Below, piece by piece: positions 20,201-28,772 of a stretch of DNA of 64,000 nucleotides (positions are counted from its first letter, which is position 1; each line of letters opens with the position of its first letter). Both the position numbers and the translations under genes were made by a program. The DNA comes from Candidatus Eiseniibacteriota bacterium (GTDB lineage: Bacteria > Eisenbacteria > RBG-16-71-46 > CAIMUX01 > VGJL01). The stretch covers positions 96,001 through 160,000 of the forward strand of contig JBHGAY010000003.1 in assembly GCA_041946735.1 (NCBI GenBank). The letters are read 5' to 3'. Under the pieces are notes generated by a model. That model was not told where the DNA came from and searched no databases. It saw only the letters and a list, made by a program, of their open reading frames with translations.

Positions 20201-21014
20201 GCAGGCGGAAGGCGGGTGGCTCCGGCCTTGGCATTCCGGGGAACGCCAGCGCCACGTCCGCGAGAGAGGGATCGCAGGCGATCGCGATCGACACCCTGGC
20301 CCCCGCGCGCACCAGCGCTTCGAGCACCTCCGCTTCGAGTCGGGTGAAGGAGAGAAAGCCGTCGACCTCCACCGGGATGTCCTTGAAGCGAGCCGCGCCG
20401 GCCGCAATTCGCTCGGGCGTAACTTCGAGCGCTCGCTCCGGATCCCGCAGGCCGCGACGCTCGAGTTCCGCCTCGTAAGCGTCCCGCAGCGCGAGCAGCG
20501 CCTCGAGCTTCCGATGGAGCGCCGGCGACATCGATGGCGCGGCGCTCCCGCCGAGCCAACCGCGCGCCTCTTTCCCCCCTTCGAAACGCAGGTCGCGGAG
20601 CACGGCGGCGAGAGTTTCCAGGAAGCCGGGACGGTCGAGCACCGCGACGAACGGCGCTCGCAGCCGTGGCTCGAGCCGATCCAGAAGCGCGCGCAGAAGC
20701 AGACGCCGCCCGGAGCGGTCGAGCGTCCGCCTCGCGGCGTGCGAGGCCGGCTCGAGCTCCAGGGCGAGCCGCTGGAAGGAAAGCACCCGGGCATGGCGCG
20801 CGGCCACCGGCCCCGGGGGCTCCAGAAGCTGGCGGTCCGCGAGGAACGTCGACTGCTCCGGCACCAGGGCGAGCGCGGGCAATCCGGCCGCCTCGCGCTC
20901 CCGAAGCGCGGCGATCGCGGCCGCGGTCTTGCCGCTTCCCGCGGGTCCCAGCCGCAAGGTCACCGGGTGGATTCGCTCCCCACGGATGGGCTCGGTGGTG
21001 CCTTCCCTCGTCAT
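17289..21014 (-). CDS. addB: ATP-dependent helicase/nuclease subunit B (PD-(D/E)xK nuclease with Fe-S staple)
   Basis: GPAGSGKT, LVPEQ.TF, VLSFQRLA, VDGF.SFT, SASRLE.F..CPY.HF, GRIDRLD...LDYKS, LQL.VY, C-terminal PCDFCDFSVLC; start may be 21029. Confidence 0.87.
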   Translation of the reverse strand: MTREGTTEPIRGERIHPVTLRLGPAGSGKTAAAIAALREREAAGLPALALVPEQSTFLADRQLLEPPGPVAARHARVLSFQRLALELEPASHAARRTLDRSGRRLLLRALLDRLEPRLRAPFVAVLDRPGFLETLAAVLRDLRFEGGKEARGWLGGSAAPSMSPALHRKLEALLALRDAYEAELERRGLRDPERALEVTPERIAAGAARFKDIPVEVDGFLSFTRLEAEVLEALVRAGARVSIAIACDPSLADVALAFPGMPRPEPPAFRLPRWPEAFLRAVDRPVFLAPLRTFLEISARFRAAGAAVDRVDLPAARRFRNRSLAAIERTLLAPEAGRESRAGQAAGRAEIALPIFVARDPAHEVEIWARRIDAWTRLDPDPVRPDEVAVIIRDLERYRPILETTFARFGIPVFVDRDWDLAARPLIRTILDALQVLRSRWSRESVLALLRSPLLGAAPPDVDLLDNLALEAGYDHGDWHGPDWLPRILPPRTRYFRVREDAPPDRPETKGICEGEAGTDREEIESRNVQAAQRLEEVRTRIANRVRRERLQPLRRLEESWEGGLDGAAAVATLRAWIDETGIARRLPRDPDSAREAAAVAHVLDQIASEAGERRLTIDGFADLAAAGLASLRLGRTPSRLGPVTVAEVQRSRVGEARRVIVGGLSADFPRAVGTDRFFQPRERELLSSLGLTLGPPDTLRQEEEAYFFYIAMTRATDAVLLTRPASDSEGRSIEPSPFLRELTRSCPGLVEEVPRIEEDPADLREAQTPQDLASRIGAYLALRLDKRLRGRPPEPPADSAAVRDRRVLAAYNRIVRAPRQPDLRATLAPAARVFGYANRPTVPPELLRAHERGDHLYASASRLEAFALCPYRHFAGDVLRLRPRPRAALTPIATGILAHRALELLYRARVHEQDPPERQRRLHELLERIAQEPDLAAFRTEPAGRVRLRTTGTQILRFLDVETLREQRSPFRPLEYELDFGTTEENALAIPIGGSSRLYLRGRIDRLDARPAEATKSEEDGRSAAARQEEGRPDEARPDEARPDEARPGATRPEAIVLDYKSRIAQRRGRRDDLLDGFDLQLAVYLLAAEVLGFRPAGALYVPVLPRPTLEQRAERNFGLRMTGLLPETIRAEIDGGLSVLSQPRKSSRIADGADLERLLGQARRLLGLFGRAMAAGCIDVAPAQAGSRPPCDFCDFSVLCRTDPEYNPPRSRPIDGLERFDLPLDDALDEADRREGGRA
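17851..17940. repeat. About 6 x 15-bp tandem repeat inside the AddB nuclease domain (RPDEA units)
   Basis: TCCGGTCGCGCCTCG-like units start at 17851, 17866, 17881, 17896, 17911 and 17926. Confidence 0.85.
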
Positions 21015-21242
21015 CGGAGCCGCTCGCAATTCACGAACGCCAGTTTAGCGGATCGTGGGGTGACAGGGGATGACGCACCCCTGCGCCCGCGGTTATTCTC
21101 GCCGGTTCGCACGTAGGCGAGGCGGGCGGCGGCCGGCGACCGCCGAGCGACGGCCGGGCGAGCGCTGGAGCGGCCGGGCGGGCCGCGAACCGGCGTGCGC
21201 CGCGAGGCGCCGGGAACCGAACTTCCGGACGAGGAGGACACG

Positions 21243-21740
21243 ATGACCGAAATCGATCGCATCGTCGATGAGTTGACCCGGGTGTACGACGGCGAACCAT
21301 GGCACGGTTCGCCCGTGCGCTCCCTGCTCGAGGGGGTCGACTTCGCGGCGGCCGCTGCGCGTCCGATCGCCGGCGCCCACACGATCTGGGAGTTGGTCCT
21401 TCATCTGACCGCCTGGACCGCCGAAGCGCGCCGGCGAGTCGAGGGCGGCGAGCCGGCCGTGCCGGCGGAAGGCGACTGGCCGCCGATGCCGGAGGACCTC
21501 GGCGCATCCGCCTGGAGCGCAGCTCTCGCGAAGCTCGACGCTTCGCATCGCGACCTGCTTCGCGCGGTCCGCTCCTTCCCGGAGCAACGAGTGGACGAGG
21601 AGGTAGGGAGGCGGCGCGACCGAGCAGCGGGGACGGGGGTGAGTTACGCCGTCCTTCTACACGGGGTCTCGCAACACGACGCCTATCACTCCGGCCAGGT
21701 CGCGATTCTGAGGAAGGCGCTCGGGCACCGGTTCGGATGA
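21243..21740 (+). CDS. DinB/YfiT-like family protein
   Basis: GAGGAGG ribosome-binding site; PWHG, HTIWELVLHL, QHDAYHSGQ metal-binding His pattern. Confidence 0.85.
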   Translation: MTEIDRIVDELTRVYDGEPWHGSPVRSLLEGVDFAAAAARPIAGAHTIWELVLHLTAWTAEARRRVEGGEPAVPAEGDWPPMPEDLGASAWSAALAKLDASHRDLLRAVRSFPEQRVDEEVGRRRDRAAGTGVSYAVLLHGVSQHDAYHSGQVAILRKALGHRFG

Positions 21741-21784
21741 TCGGCGCCCTGGCCTGAATCCCCGCCGCTCGAGTATGAACGCCG

Positions 21785-21818
21785 CGTTCGCCAAACTTGA
21801 CGTTCGCCAATCGGCGAA
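21785..21818 (+). promoter_or_regulatory. Candidate operator: TTGACG followed by the palindrome TTCGCC-N4-GGCGAA, with a CGTTCGCCAA direct repeat
   Basis: TTGACG 21797-21802; TTCGCCAATCGGCGAA 21803-21818; CGTTCGCCAA at 21785 and 21801. No convincing -10 element at canonical spacing. Confidence 0.3.
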
Positions 21819-22033
21819 ATGTTCGGCTGCTGGAAGCAGGTCGCTGCCCGCCGAGCGCACGCAGCCGAGGGCGCGGAGGTCGTCGGCGGGCGGTCTCCTC
21901 CCACACGCGATCGCTTGCATGCTTGCCGGCGCGCGGCGGGCCTCGATAGGTTCGATCGTTTCCTCCGCTCTTGGGACTGGTGGCCGCGCCGGCAGGGGCG
22001 AGCCGCAAGGGGATATCGGAAGCCGAGGAGCGT

Positions 22034-23212
22034 TTGGCAAGACGGACTCCAACTCGAACTCGAGCTCGGACGGTCGCGGAGATATCGCGGGCGAGACGCT
22101 CGACGCCCAAGGCAGTCGCGACTCCCGCGGATGCTTCGTCGCTGGCCGGGACCACCGATCCGATCTGGCTGCGCAGTCGCCGATGGGATCTGACGTGGAT
22201 CATCGGGTCGTGCATTCTGATCCTCCTGCCGATCTCGATCTATGGACTCTTTCCCGACGATCGGACGCGGGTCGCCCTGAACCTCGCTGTCACGCTCTTC
22301 GTAGGTGGTCCGCACATGTACGTGACCGCCACGCGGACGGCATGGGAGCCACGATTCCGCGCGGCTCGCGGCACCCTGATGATTGCGGGCGCGATCGCGA
22401 TCCCGGCGATCGTGATCACCCTCTCCATCCACTCCTACGTGTTGCTTCTGACGCTGTTCTTCGGGTGGGCGGGCTTGCACATCCTGCATCAGGCCTTCTA
22501 CCTCACCCGGTGCTACGGGGAACGCGGGGCGCTGGCGGGAAGGACCGGCTGGCGGTGGCTCGACTACGCCTTGATCGGCTCGTCCCTCTATCCGGTCGCC
22601 CTCTACAAGATGGTGAACGGCACGTTCGCGATCGGCCCGACCAAGACGATCTTTCCGGAGTTCCTGCGCGTGCCGGCCGTCTACATCGCAGCCTTCGCTC
22701 TCTTCGCGGCACTGTTCGTGCTGTTTACGGTGCGCGTCATTCGGGACGCTCGTGCGGGAAGGGCCAACTGGCCGAAGACCTGTTTCGTCTATGCGACGGC
22801 GATCGGTTCCTTTTCGGTTTCGCTCTTCGACAATCTCGACACGTCCTTCCAGGGATTCAACACCTGGCACTCGCTGCAATATCTCGCCCTCACGTGGCAC
22901 ATCCATCGTGTTCGGGATCAGCGCGGAGATCTGGAAGGGAGATTCGTTCGCCGGCTCGTCCAGGGGCGCTCGATGTGGCCCGGTTACGCGATGCTCGTCG
23001 GAATGACCCTGATCGCCGGCGGCCTCGTCGTGCTCGTGAAGGCCGGCTCCGGCTTCTCGATCGATCGCAGCTACTACGCGGTCGTGCTCTCTTTCCTCCT
23101 TATCCACTATTTCCTCGATCATTTCCTGTTTCAGAGTGACGAGGGAGCGCTGCGCGGGCCGGCCGATGCGTTCGCGAACCGAGCGACCGGGATGGTGCCG
23201 CGCGCGCGCTGA
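22034..23212 (+). CDS. Multi-pass membrane protein with His motifs
   Basis: GAGGAG before TTG 22034; about 9-10 hydrophobic segments; GGPHMY, LHILHQ, WHSLQY, IHYFLDH. Confidence 0.75.
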   Translation: MARRTPTRTRARTVAEISRARRSTPKAVATPADASSLAGTTDPIWLRSRRWDLTWIIGSCILILLPISIYGLFPDDRTRVALNLAVTLFVGGPHMYVTATRTAWEPRFRAARGTLMIAGAIAIPAIVITLSIHSYVLLLTLFFGWAGLHILHQAFYLTRCYGERGALAGRTGWRWLDYALIGSSLYPVALYKMVNGTFAIGPTKTIFPEFLRVPAVYIAAFALFAALFVLFTVRVIRDARAGRANWPKTCFVYATAIGSFSVSLFDNLDTSFQGFNTWHSLQYLALTWHIHRVRDQRGDLEGRFVRRLVQGRSMWPGYAMLVGMTLIAGGLVVLVKAGSGFSIDRSYYAVVLSFLLIHYFLDHFLFQSDEGALRGPADAFANRATGMVPRAR

Positions 23213-23312
23213 GCGCGGAGGCCGAGTGGAGGCCGGATGAGGTCCGCCCACCGGCCGACGACGTGACATCCGCCGGTTGGGTTTTCTCGCGCGGGAAGTA
23301 GGAAATCCCCTA

Positions 23313-23354
23313 CGCGGAAAGGGCCGGCGGATCTTTCCGCCGGCCCCTTCCGCG
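23313..23354. terminator. GC-rich hairpin between convergent genes
   Basis: CGCGGAAAGGGCCGGCGGA-TCTT-TCCGCCGGCCCCTTCCGCG. Confidence 0.6.
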
Positions 23355-23386
23355 CCTCTCTGCGCCTCCATTTCTGCGGGCGACCG

Positions 23387-26300
23387 TCAACGTGTGCGGA
23401 CGATGGCGAGGCTCCTCTCCGATTCCCGAGTCGCCACGCGAACGAAGTAGATGCCGGCTCCGACGCGTCTGCCGGCTTGGTCGAGGCCGTCCCAGGCGAT
23501 CTCTCTCGGTCCCGCCTCCAAGACGGCGGGCGGCTCGAGGCGGCGGACCAGCCGGCCGGCCACGTCGTAGATCGAGAGCCGGAGCGGACCGCCGGACGGC
23601 GCCTGGAATCGCAGCGAGGTCGACTCGCGGAATGGGTTCGGCGCCGCTGTGAGGCCGCGCGCCGGGCCGCCCGCGTCGGCCGACTCCTCGATGCCGGAAG
23701 CGGCTCCCCCGTAGACGGTCTGGGCGGCGTCCGCGTTCTGCTCCAGCTCGGCCAGGCTCGACGCGCCGGCGATCGCGAAAGCCACCGCCGTCTCCGAGCC
23801 GGCCGAAAGGTCGAACGGTCCGACGGCGACGAGCAAGCCATAGTCCGCCGGGTTCGGACCGGCGGCGAGCACGTGCGCCGGGTCGGCGGCCGACAGAAAG
23901 GCGTACTTGTCCGCGTCGGGAATGTACTGGTTCGCATAGACGAAGGTCGCGTTGTCGATCAGGGTCAGGTTGGAAGGAGCGACGCCGGGCGGAAGAGGGT
24001 CGAGTAGCCGGATACCTGCGTGGACGCCGCCTGGATCGGTGATCCACGCGAGGCGGCGGCCGCCTTCCGTCCCGGCGACGTCGTCGCTCCCGTCGCCCCG
24101 CATATCCGGATCGACGAAGAGCCCGAGGTAGAGGCCGTTCAGCGGTCCGTTTCCCTCGTTCGCCACCCGGTAGCGGACGATCACGAAGTCGTCCTGCGCC
24201 GGAGGCGCCGAGTAGGCGAACGACTCCTGAGTCACGACAGTGCCATGCGACTGGCCGGTCGCGGTGTCGGCGTAGCGCCCGAGAATTGTCTGCATGGAGC
24301 CGGTATTCGAGACCTGGATCCTCCCGTCCGGGCACGCGGCCGGCTCCCATTCGCGCGCCGGATCGAGATCGTAGTCCCGATTCGCGACGTATCCAGCGTC
24401 CACGCCGATCCAGAGGCCTCCGATGTAGATGTGATTCGTTCCGCCCGCGCTCGGGTAGACGAAGCCCGAGCCTGCCTGGTGGCTCCCGTCGAGGAAACCG
24501 AGGACTCCCTGGTCGGTCACCGTCAGAAGCGCGGCGCCGACATCGTGGTCCGCGAGATCAGGACGGTTCGGCGGGCAGACATTCGGCGTGCAGTCCGTCC
24601 CCGCCCCCTGGAACTGGCCAGCTCGCGACACGCAAACCGGAGCGAGCAGCACTTCGCAGCAGCCGTCCTCCAGGCAGCACGCGCCGGAGATCGCGCCGCC
24701 CGCCTGCACGACGACCACCGTTGAGTCCCGGCCGGTCGCCCCATTCCAGTCCTGCGCTTCGAAGACGATCGCGTAGCTTCCGGCGTCACCCGAGCCGGTC
24801 GTCCACTCGAACGTTCCCGTTCCGGCCCCGTCGTCCGTGAACGCCGCGCCCCCCGGGATCGGCGCTCCCTTCAGGAAGAGGCGGTCGAAGTCCGGGTCGG
24901 TGGCGACGACATCGAAGTCCACGGGATCCCCTTCGACCGCGAAGATCGAGTCGGGCGCGGAGACCGCGGGCGGCTGGTTCGTCCCTCCGTCCTGGATCCC
25001 GGATATGTTCGTGAACTCGTCGAGCGTGCGCACGCAGAAATGGTGGTCGCCGCTCGAGAGATCGTGGACGGCGAGCGTCGCCGCGTTGCCCGGCGGGTCC
25101 GGCACCGGCAGCGTCGCGACCATGTCCGGGGCGACCCACAGAGCATGGCGCCAGTTGGAGGCGTCGATCGGGTACGGTCCGTAGCGAATGTTATAGGTCT
25201 CCGCCTGGCGGATGGCCTGGTCGTCGCCGGGCGCCGTCCAGGCGAGCTGTGCTCGACCGTGGCCCAAGGGTGTCACGGTCGCCGTCGCATCGCCCGGCCG
25301 GATACGGTCGATCCCCCAGACGACCACGTTGTCGATCTTCCAGTCCTGGTAGTTCGGGAGCGGCGTTCCGCAAGGATCCCCTGGCAACGTGACGAGGCGG
25401 ATTTCGATCGACCGGTAGTCGTCCCCGCACCAGGGCGTGAGGTCGAACGACTCGTGGAGCACCGGCGCGCAGGGCGGCTGCGGGAGCGGATCGTTGTACA
25501 AGGCGAGTCCCGTTTCCTCGACCATCCCGTTCGCCCGCGTCGCGTGGACCATCACCTGCCCGGTCGTCATCTCGACCCCCGAATGATCGAATTCGAGCGT
25601 CGCCTCCGTCAGCTCCCGCAGATCGAAGGACGGGGTCGCGAGAGCGGCGAACTGGTCTCCGGAGTAGCCGGGAGCGTACACCTCCGCGCACATGTAGCCG
25701 TTGGGGGGAGCATCGGGCGGGAAGGCGGGATGGCAGGTCCAGGGCTGCGACCCGTCGTACCAGAGCCAGACCGGACACGACTGGATCGTGCTCATGTAAC
25801 CGCGGTCGCGGTCGAACATCTCCACGAAGTTCAGGATCCTCGTGTCCTCGACCTCGCCGTACTCCGCGACCGCGTCGTCTTCGGCGAGGGTGTCGTTCCA
25901 TGTGATCCGCGTCCGAACGTTCAGGAACGCATCGGGCGCCGCGCCCTGCACGTGCCAGGCGATCGGGTCCGCGGGGACCGGGATGTGGATGTCGTAGGTG
26001 TGGCAGGGATCGGTCCACGTGCGCGGGTCGACCGCCATGTTTTGGACGACCCAGTCGTCCTGCTCGTCGTAGTCGTCATCGCTTCCCCAGTCGAACCAGA
26101 CGTTCAGATGGAGCTGCCCCTGGTCGTAACGGATGCTGTGCTCGTTCTCGACGCAGACGCGCACTTGGATGCGACCGGTCTGCCCCGGAATGTACGGAGG
26201 GAAGAAGGTGACCCCGTCGTCGAAGGCGTCCGATTCGCGGTCGGCGGCCGCGTCGACGTTCGCTCTCCCGTCCGGGTCCTTCGGATCCGTCTCGCCGGTT

Positions 26301-28039
26301 TCAGGGCTGTAGTCGTCCCCGAGCCACTCGTAGGCGGCGTTGTCGTGAAAGGTCCAGGGATATCCCGGCGCGTCGCTCCACTCCTCGTAGCTGCTCTGCT
26401 CTGTCGGCGGCGCACCGTTGGGAATCTGCGGCTTGCCGGAAAGGGCGCGGTAGACGTTGATCCGTCCGTATCCGAGTTGCGCGGACCGGCCGGTCTCGCC
26501 GTGGTAGGCGTAGCCCCCGACCTTGTCGCAAGTCTCCTGGATCCGCGCGCGAATCTCGGTCCCTCGATAGCTCGGGTACTCGCAGATCAGAAGCGCCGCG
26601 AGGCCGGCGACCGTCGGCGTAGCGGCGGAAGTTCCCGAGAAGTCGAAGAGGTAGTTGCCGCCGTCGAAGCCGTTCGGGTCGTTGTGGTCGACGTAGCCGT
26701 CGTCCCCCTGGATGTCGCAGGCGATGATGTCGACTCCAGGCGCGGCGCAGTCGAGCTCCGGCCCGTAGTTGCTGAACGACGCCCGCTGATCCGAGCCGTC
26801 GGTCGCGCCGACGCTCAGGCACTCCGGGAAGCGGGCCGGATAGCTCAGGCTGTCGGCGGAGTCGTTTCCGGCGGCGAAGACGACGACCGAGCCGAGTCCA
26901 CCGCGCCCCAGCGTGACCGCGTCGCGGATCGCAGCCCGGATCTGGTTGGATGGAGGGCCGCCTCCCCAGCTGTTGCTCAGCACGTCGGCGCCGTTCAGGT
27001 ACGCCCAGGCGATGCCGTTCGCGAGCTTCTCGTCGGTCGTGGTCCAGTAGGGATCCCCGGGCTGCGCGTGCTGCCCGACGCGCACCGGCAGGATCTTGCA
27101 CGATCCGGCCACCCCCGCCATCCCGACGCCATTGTTGTCGATCGCTGCGGCAATCCCCGCGCAGGCGGTGCCGTGAGCATCGTAAGGATTGGGGCTCGGA
27201 TCGTCGTCCGGCACGCCGGGAATGAAGTCGCGCCCGGTCAGAAGATTCGCCGCATAATCCGGATGCGACGGATCGCACCCTTCGTCGAGGATCGCGATCG
27301 TCACTTCGGCGCACCCGGCGGAGATCTCCCATCCCTCCGGAGCGTCGATGTCGATGTCTCCCGCGGCATTCAGGTTCGTCTGCACCCAGAACAGCGGGTC
27401 GTCGGTCCAGTGGAAGGTGGGGAGCAGCAGGACGAAGTTCGGCTCGCAGTACGAGACCCCGGGCACCGTGCGCAGCGAGTCGCACGCGGCGAAGACGTCC
27501 CGGGGATCCCGCGCGGGAACGCGAAGCAGGTAGTTCCCCTCCCGCCAGAATGTGCGCTCGGCCAGCTCGAGATGATGGCGAACGAGGAGATCCTGCAGCG
27601 CCGGCTCCCCGGTCTCCGACTCGAACTGCACGAACAGCTCTCCCGACGGGATCACGATCGAGCCACCCGCCTCGTAGACCGGAGTCGCGAAGTCGATGGC
27701 CGGATCCGCGGCAAGGACGCGCGCCGCGCCTTGGATCGACTCCTCCGGCTGCACGGCCGGCAGGCGGGCGAGGAACATCCCCTCGGCCGCGAGCGAGTCG
27801 ACGGCGAGAGCGCCCGCCAGGATCGGATTCCGCCCGCGGGCGGCGTCCCGGTCCGCCGCCGTGATGCCGGCCGCGAAACGGATCGCAATCCGGTCCCCGC
27901 GAACTCGTAGCGGATGGGGCTGGCCATCGAGCCAGACGGCCGCCGGTGCCGCAAGGGAGCCTTGGGCGAGAGTCGAGGCCAGCACCGCCACGGTCAGCGC
28001 GGCCCCGGCCAGGTTGAGACGAGCGAGCATGAGGTTCAT
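23387..28039 (-). CDS. Secreted multidomain S8 (subtilisin-like) serine peptidase with GEVED, FN3/Ig-like, Cys-rich and FlgD/T9SS-like domains
   Basis: Signal peptide; IAILDEG (Asp), HGTACAG (His), FAAGN, FSGTSAATP (Ser); LNVWFDW..YGEVED; LAWTAPGDD..YNIRY; GACCLEDGCC..GAGTDCTPNVCPP; APNPF..IYDVAGRLVR..AGIYFVRV. Confidence 0.9.
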   Translation of the reverse strand: MNLMLARLNLAGAALTVAVLASTLAQGSLAAPAAVWLDGQPHPLRVRGDRIAIRFAAGITAADRDAARGRNPILAGALAVDSLAAEGMFLARLPAVQPEESIQGAARVLAADPAIDFATPVYEAGGSIVIPSGELFVQFESETGEPALQDLLVRHHLELAERTFWREGNYLLRVPARDPRDVFAACDSLRTVPGVSYCEPNFVLLLPTFHWTDDPLFWVQTNLNAAGDIDIDAPEGWEISAGCAEVTIAILDEGCDPSHPDYAANLLTGRDFIPGVPDDDPSPNPYDAHGTACAGIAAAIDNNGVGMAGVAGSCKILPVRVGQHAQPGDPYWTTTDEKLANGIAWAYLNGADVLSNSWGGGPPSNQIRAAIRDAVTLGRGGLGSVVVFAAGNDSADSLSYPARFPECLSVGATDGSDQRASFSNYGPELDCAAPGVDIIACDIQGDDGYVDHNDPNGFDGGNYLFDFSGTSAATPTVAGLAALLICEYPSYRGTEIRARIQETCDKVGGYAYHGETGRSAQLGYGRINVYRALSGKPQIPNGAPPTEQSSYEEWSDAPGYPWTFHDNAAYEWLGDDYSPETGETDPKDPDGRANVDAAADRESDAFDDGVTFFPPYIPGQTGRIQVRVCVENEHSIRYDQGQLHLNVWFDWGSDDDYDEQDDWVVQNMAVDPRTWTDPCHTYDIHIPVPADPIAWHVQGAAPDAFLNVRTRITWNDTLAEDDAVAEYGEVEDTRILNFVEMFDRDRGYMSTIQSCPVWLWYDGSQPWTCHPAFPPDAPPNGYMCAEVYAPGYSGDQFAALATPSFDLRELTEATLEFDHSGVEMTTGQVMVHATRANGMVEETGLALYNDPLPQPPCAPVLHESFDLTPWCGDDYRSIEIRLVTLPGDPCGTPLPNYQDWKIDNVVVWGIDRIRPGDATATVTPLGHGRAQLAWTAPGDDQAIRQAETYNIRYGPYPIDASNWRHALWVAPDMVATLPVPDPPGNAATLAVHDLSSGDHHFCVRTLDEFTNISGIQDGGTNQPPAVSAPDSIFAVEGDPVDFDVVATDPDFDRLFLKGAPIPGGAAFTDDGAGTGTFEWTTGSGDAGSYAIVFEAQDWNGATGRDSTVVVVQAGGAISGACCLEDGCCEVLLAPVCVSRAGQFQGAGTDCTPNVCPPNRPDLADHDVGAALLTVTDQGVLGFLDGSHQAGSGFVYPSAGGTNHIYIGGLWIGVDAGYVANRDYDLDPAREWEPAACPDGRIQVSNTGSMQTILGRYADTATGQSHGTVVTQESFAYSAPPAQDDFVIVRYRVANEGNGPLNGLYLGLFVDPDMRGDGSDDVAGTEGGRRLAWITDPGGVHAGIRLLDPLPPGVAPSNLTLIDNATFVYANQYIPDADKYAFLSAADPAHVLAAGPNPADYGLLVAVGPFDLSAGSETAVAFAIAGASSLAELEQNADAAQTVYGGAASGIEESADAGGPARGLTAAPNPFRESTSLRFQAPSGGPLRLSIYDVAGRLVRRLEPPAVLEAGPREIAWDGLDQAGRRVGAGIYFVRVATRESERSLAIVRTR

Positions 28040-28114
28040 GACCATTCCCCCGTTTCTGTTTGGCCATCGGGCTCGGAGATCGGCTACCCTTCTCCGTTTC
28101 GATCGGACTGGCGA

Positions 28115-28136
28115 CGTGGCGCGCGCGAGACCGACA
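28115..28136 (-). promoter_or_regulatory. Candidate ECF-dependent promoter element upstream of the S8 peptidase
   Basis: Minus-strand TGTCGGTCTCGCGCGCGCCACG; 15 of 22 positions match the element at 43932. Confidence 0.4.
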
Positions 28137-28187
28137 TCGATTCTTCCGACGGCAGGGAGCGGATGGGCCGAACGCAGGAGGGGCACC

Positions 28188-28772
28188 ATGGATGTGACCG
28201 CGATCCTCACCCGGGTGGGCGGGGGAGATCGACAGGCGCTCGACGAGCTCTTCCCGCTCGTCTACCGCGAGCTCCGCTCCCTCGCCCGCCTCTACGTGGC
28301 CCGCGAGCGGGCCGGCCACACCCTGCAGCCGACCGCGCTCACCCATGAGGCGTATCTCCGGCTGATCGGGCAGGTGGATCTCTCGTGGGACTGCCGGGCC
28401 CATTTCTTCGCGGCCGCGGCGCAGGCCATGCGCCGCATCCTGGTCGAGCATGCCCGCGCCCGCAGTCGCAAGAAGCGTGGAGGGGGGATGGAGCAAGTCT
28501 CGCTGATCGACATTCCCGCCTTCGCCCCGATCAGCCGCCTGGACCTGCTCGCTCTCGATGAGGCGCTCGAACGTCTCGCCGCGGTGGATCCACGCAAGGA
28601 GCGGGTGGTCGAGCTCCTCTACTTCGGAGGGTTGACCGCGGCCGAGGCGGCCGCGGTGCTCGGCGTCACCTCCCGGACGGTCGAGCGGGACTGGAGCTAC
28701 GCGCGGCTCTGGTTGCTCCGCGAGATGGAGCAGGGGAGGCGGGCCGCCGCCCAACGCGAGGCAGATCCTTGA
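28188..28772 (+). CDS. ECF sigma factor, kinase-associated type (TIGR02999-like)
   Basis: AGGAGG ribosome-binding site; LFPLVYRELRSLA, HTLQPTALTHEAYLRL, HFFAAAAQAMRRILVEHAR, KRGGG, VELLYFGGLT, SRTVERDW. Confidence 0.92.
   Translation: MDVTAILTRVGGGDRQALDELFPLVYRELRSLARLYVARERAGHTLQPTALTHEAYLRLIGQVDLSWDCRAHFFAAAAQAMRRILVEHARARSRKKRGGGMEQVSLIDIPAFAPISRLDLLALDEALERLAAVDPRKERVVELLYFGGLTAAEAAAVLGVTSRTVERDWSYARLWLLREMEQGRRAAAQREADP

Noticed and set aside
21777..21789. LexA box near the repair genes (GAAC-N5-GTTC)
   Set aside because: The spacer is 5 nt rather than the 4 of the Gram-positive box, and it lies downstream of the DinB-family gene.
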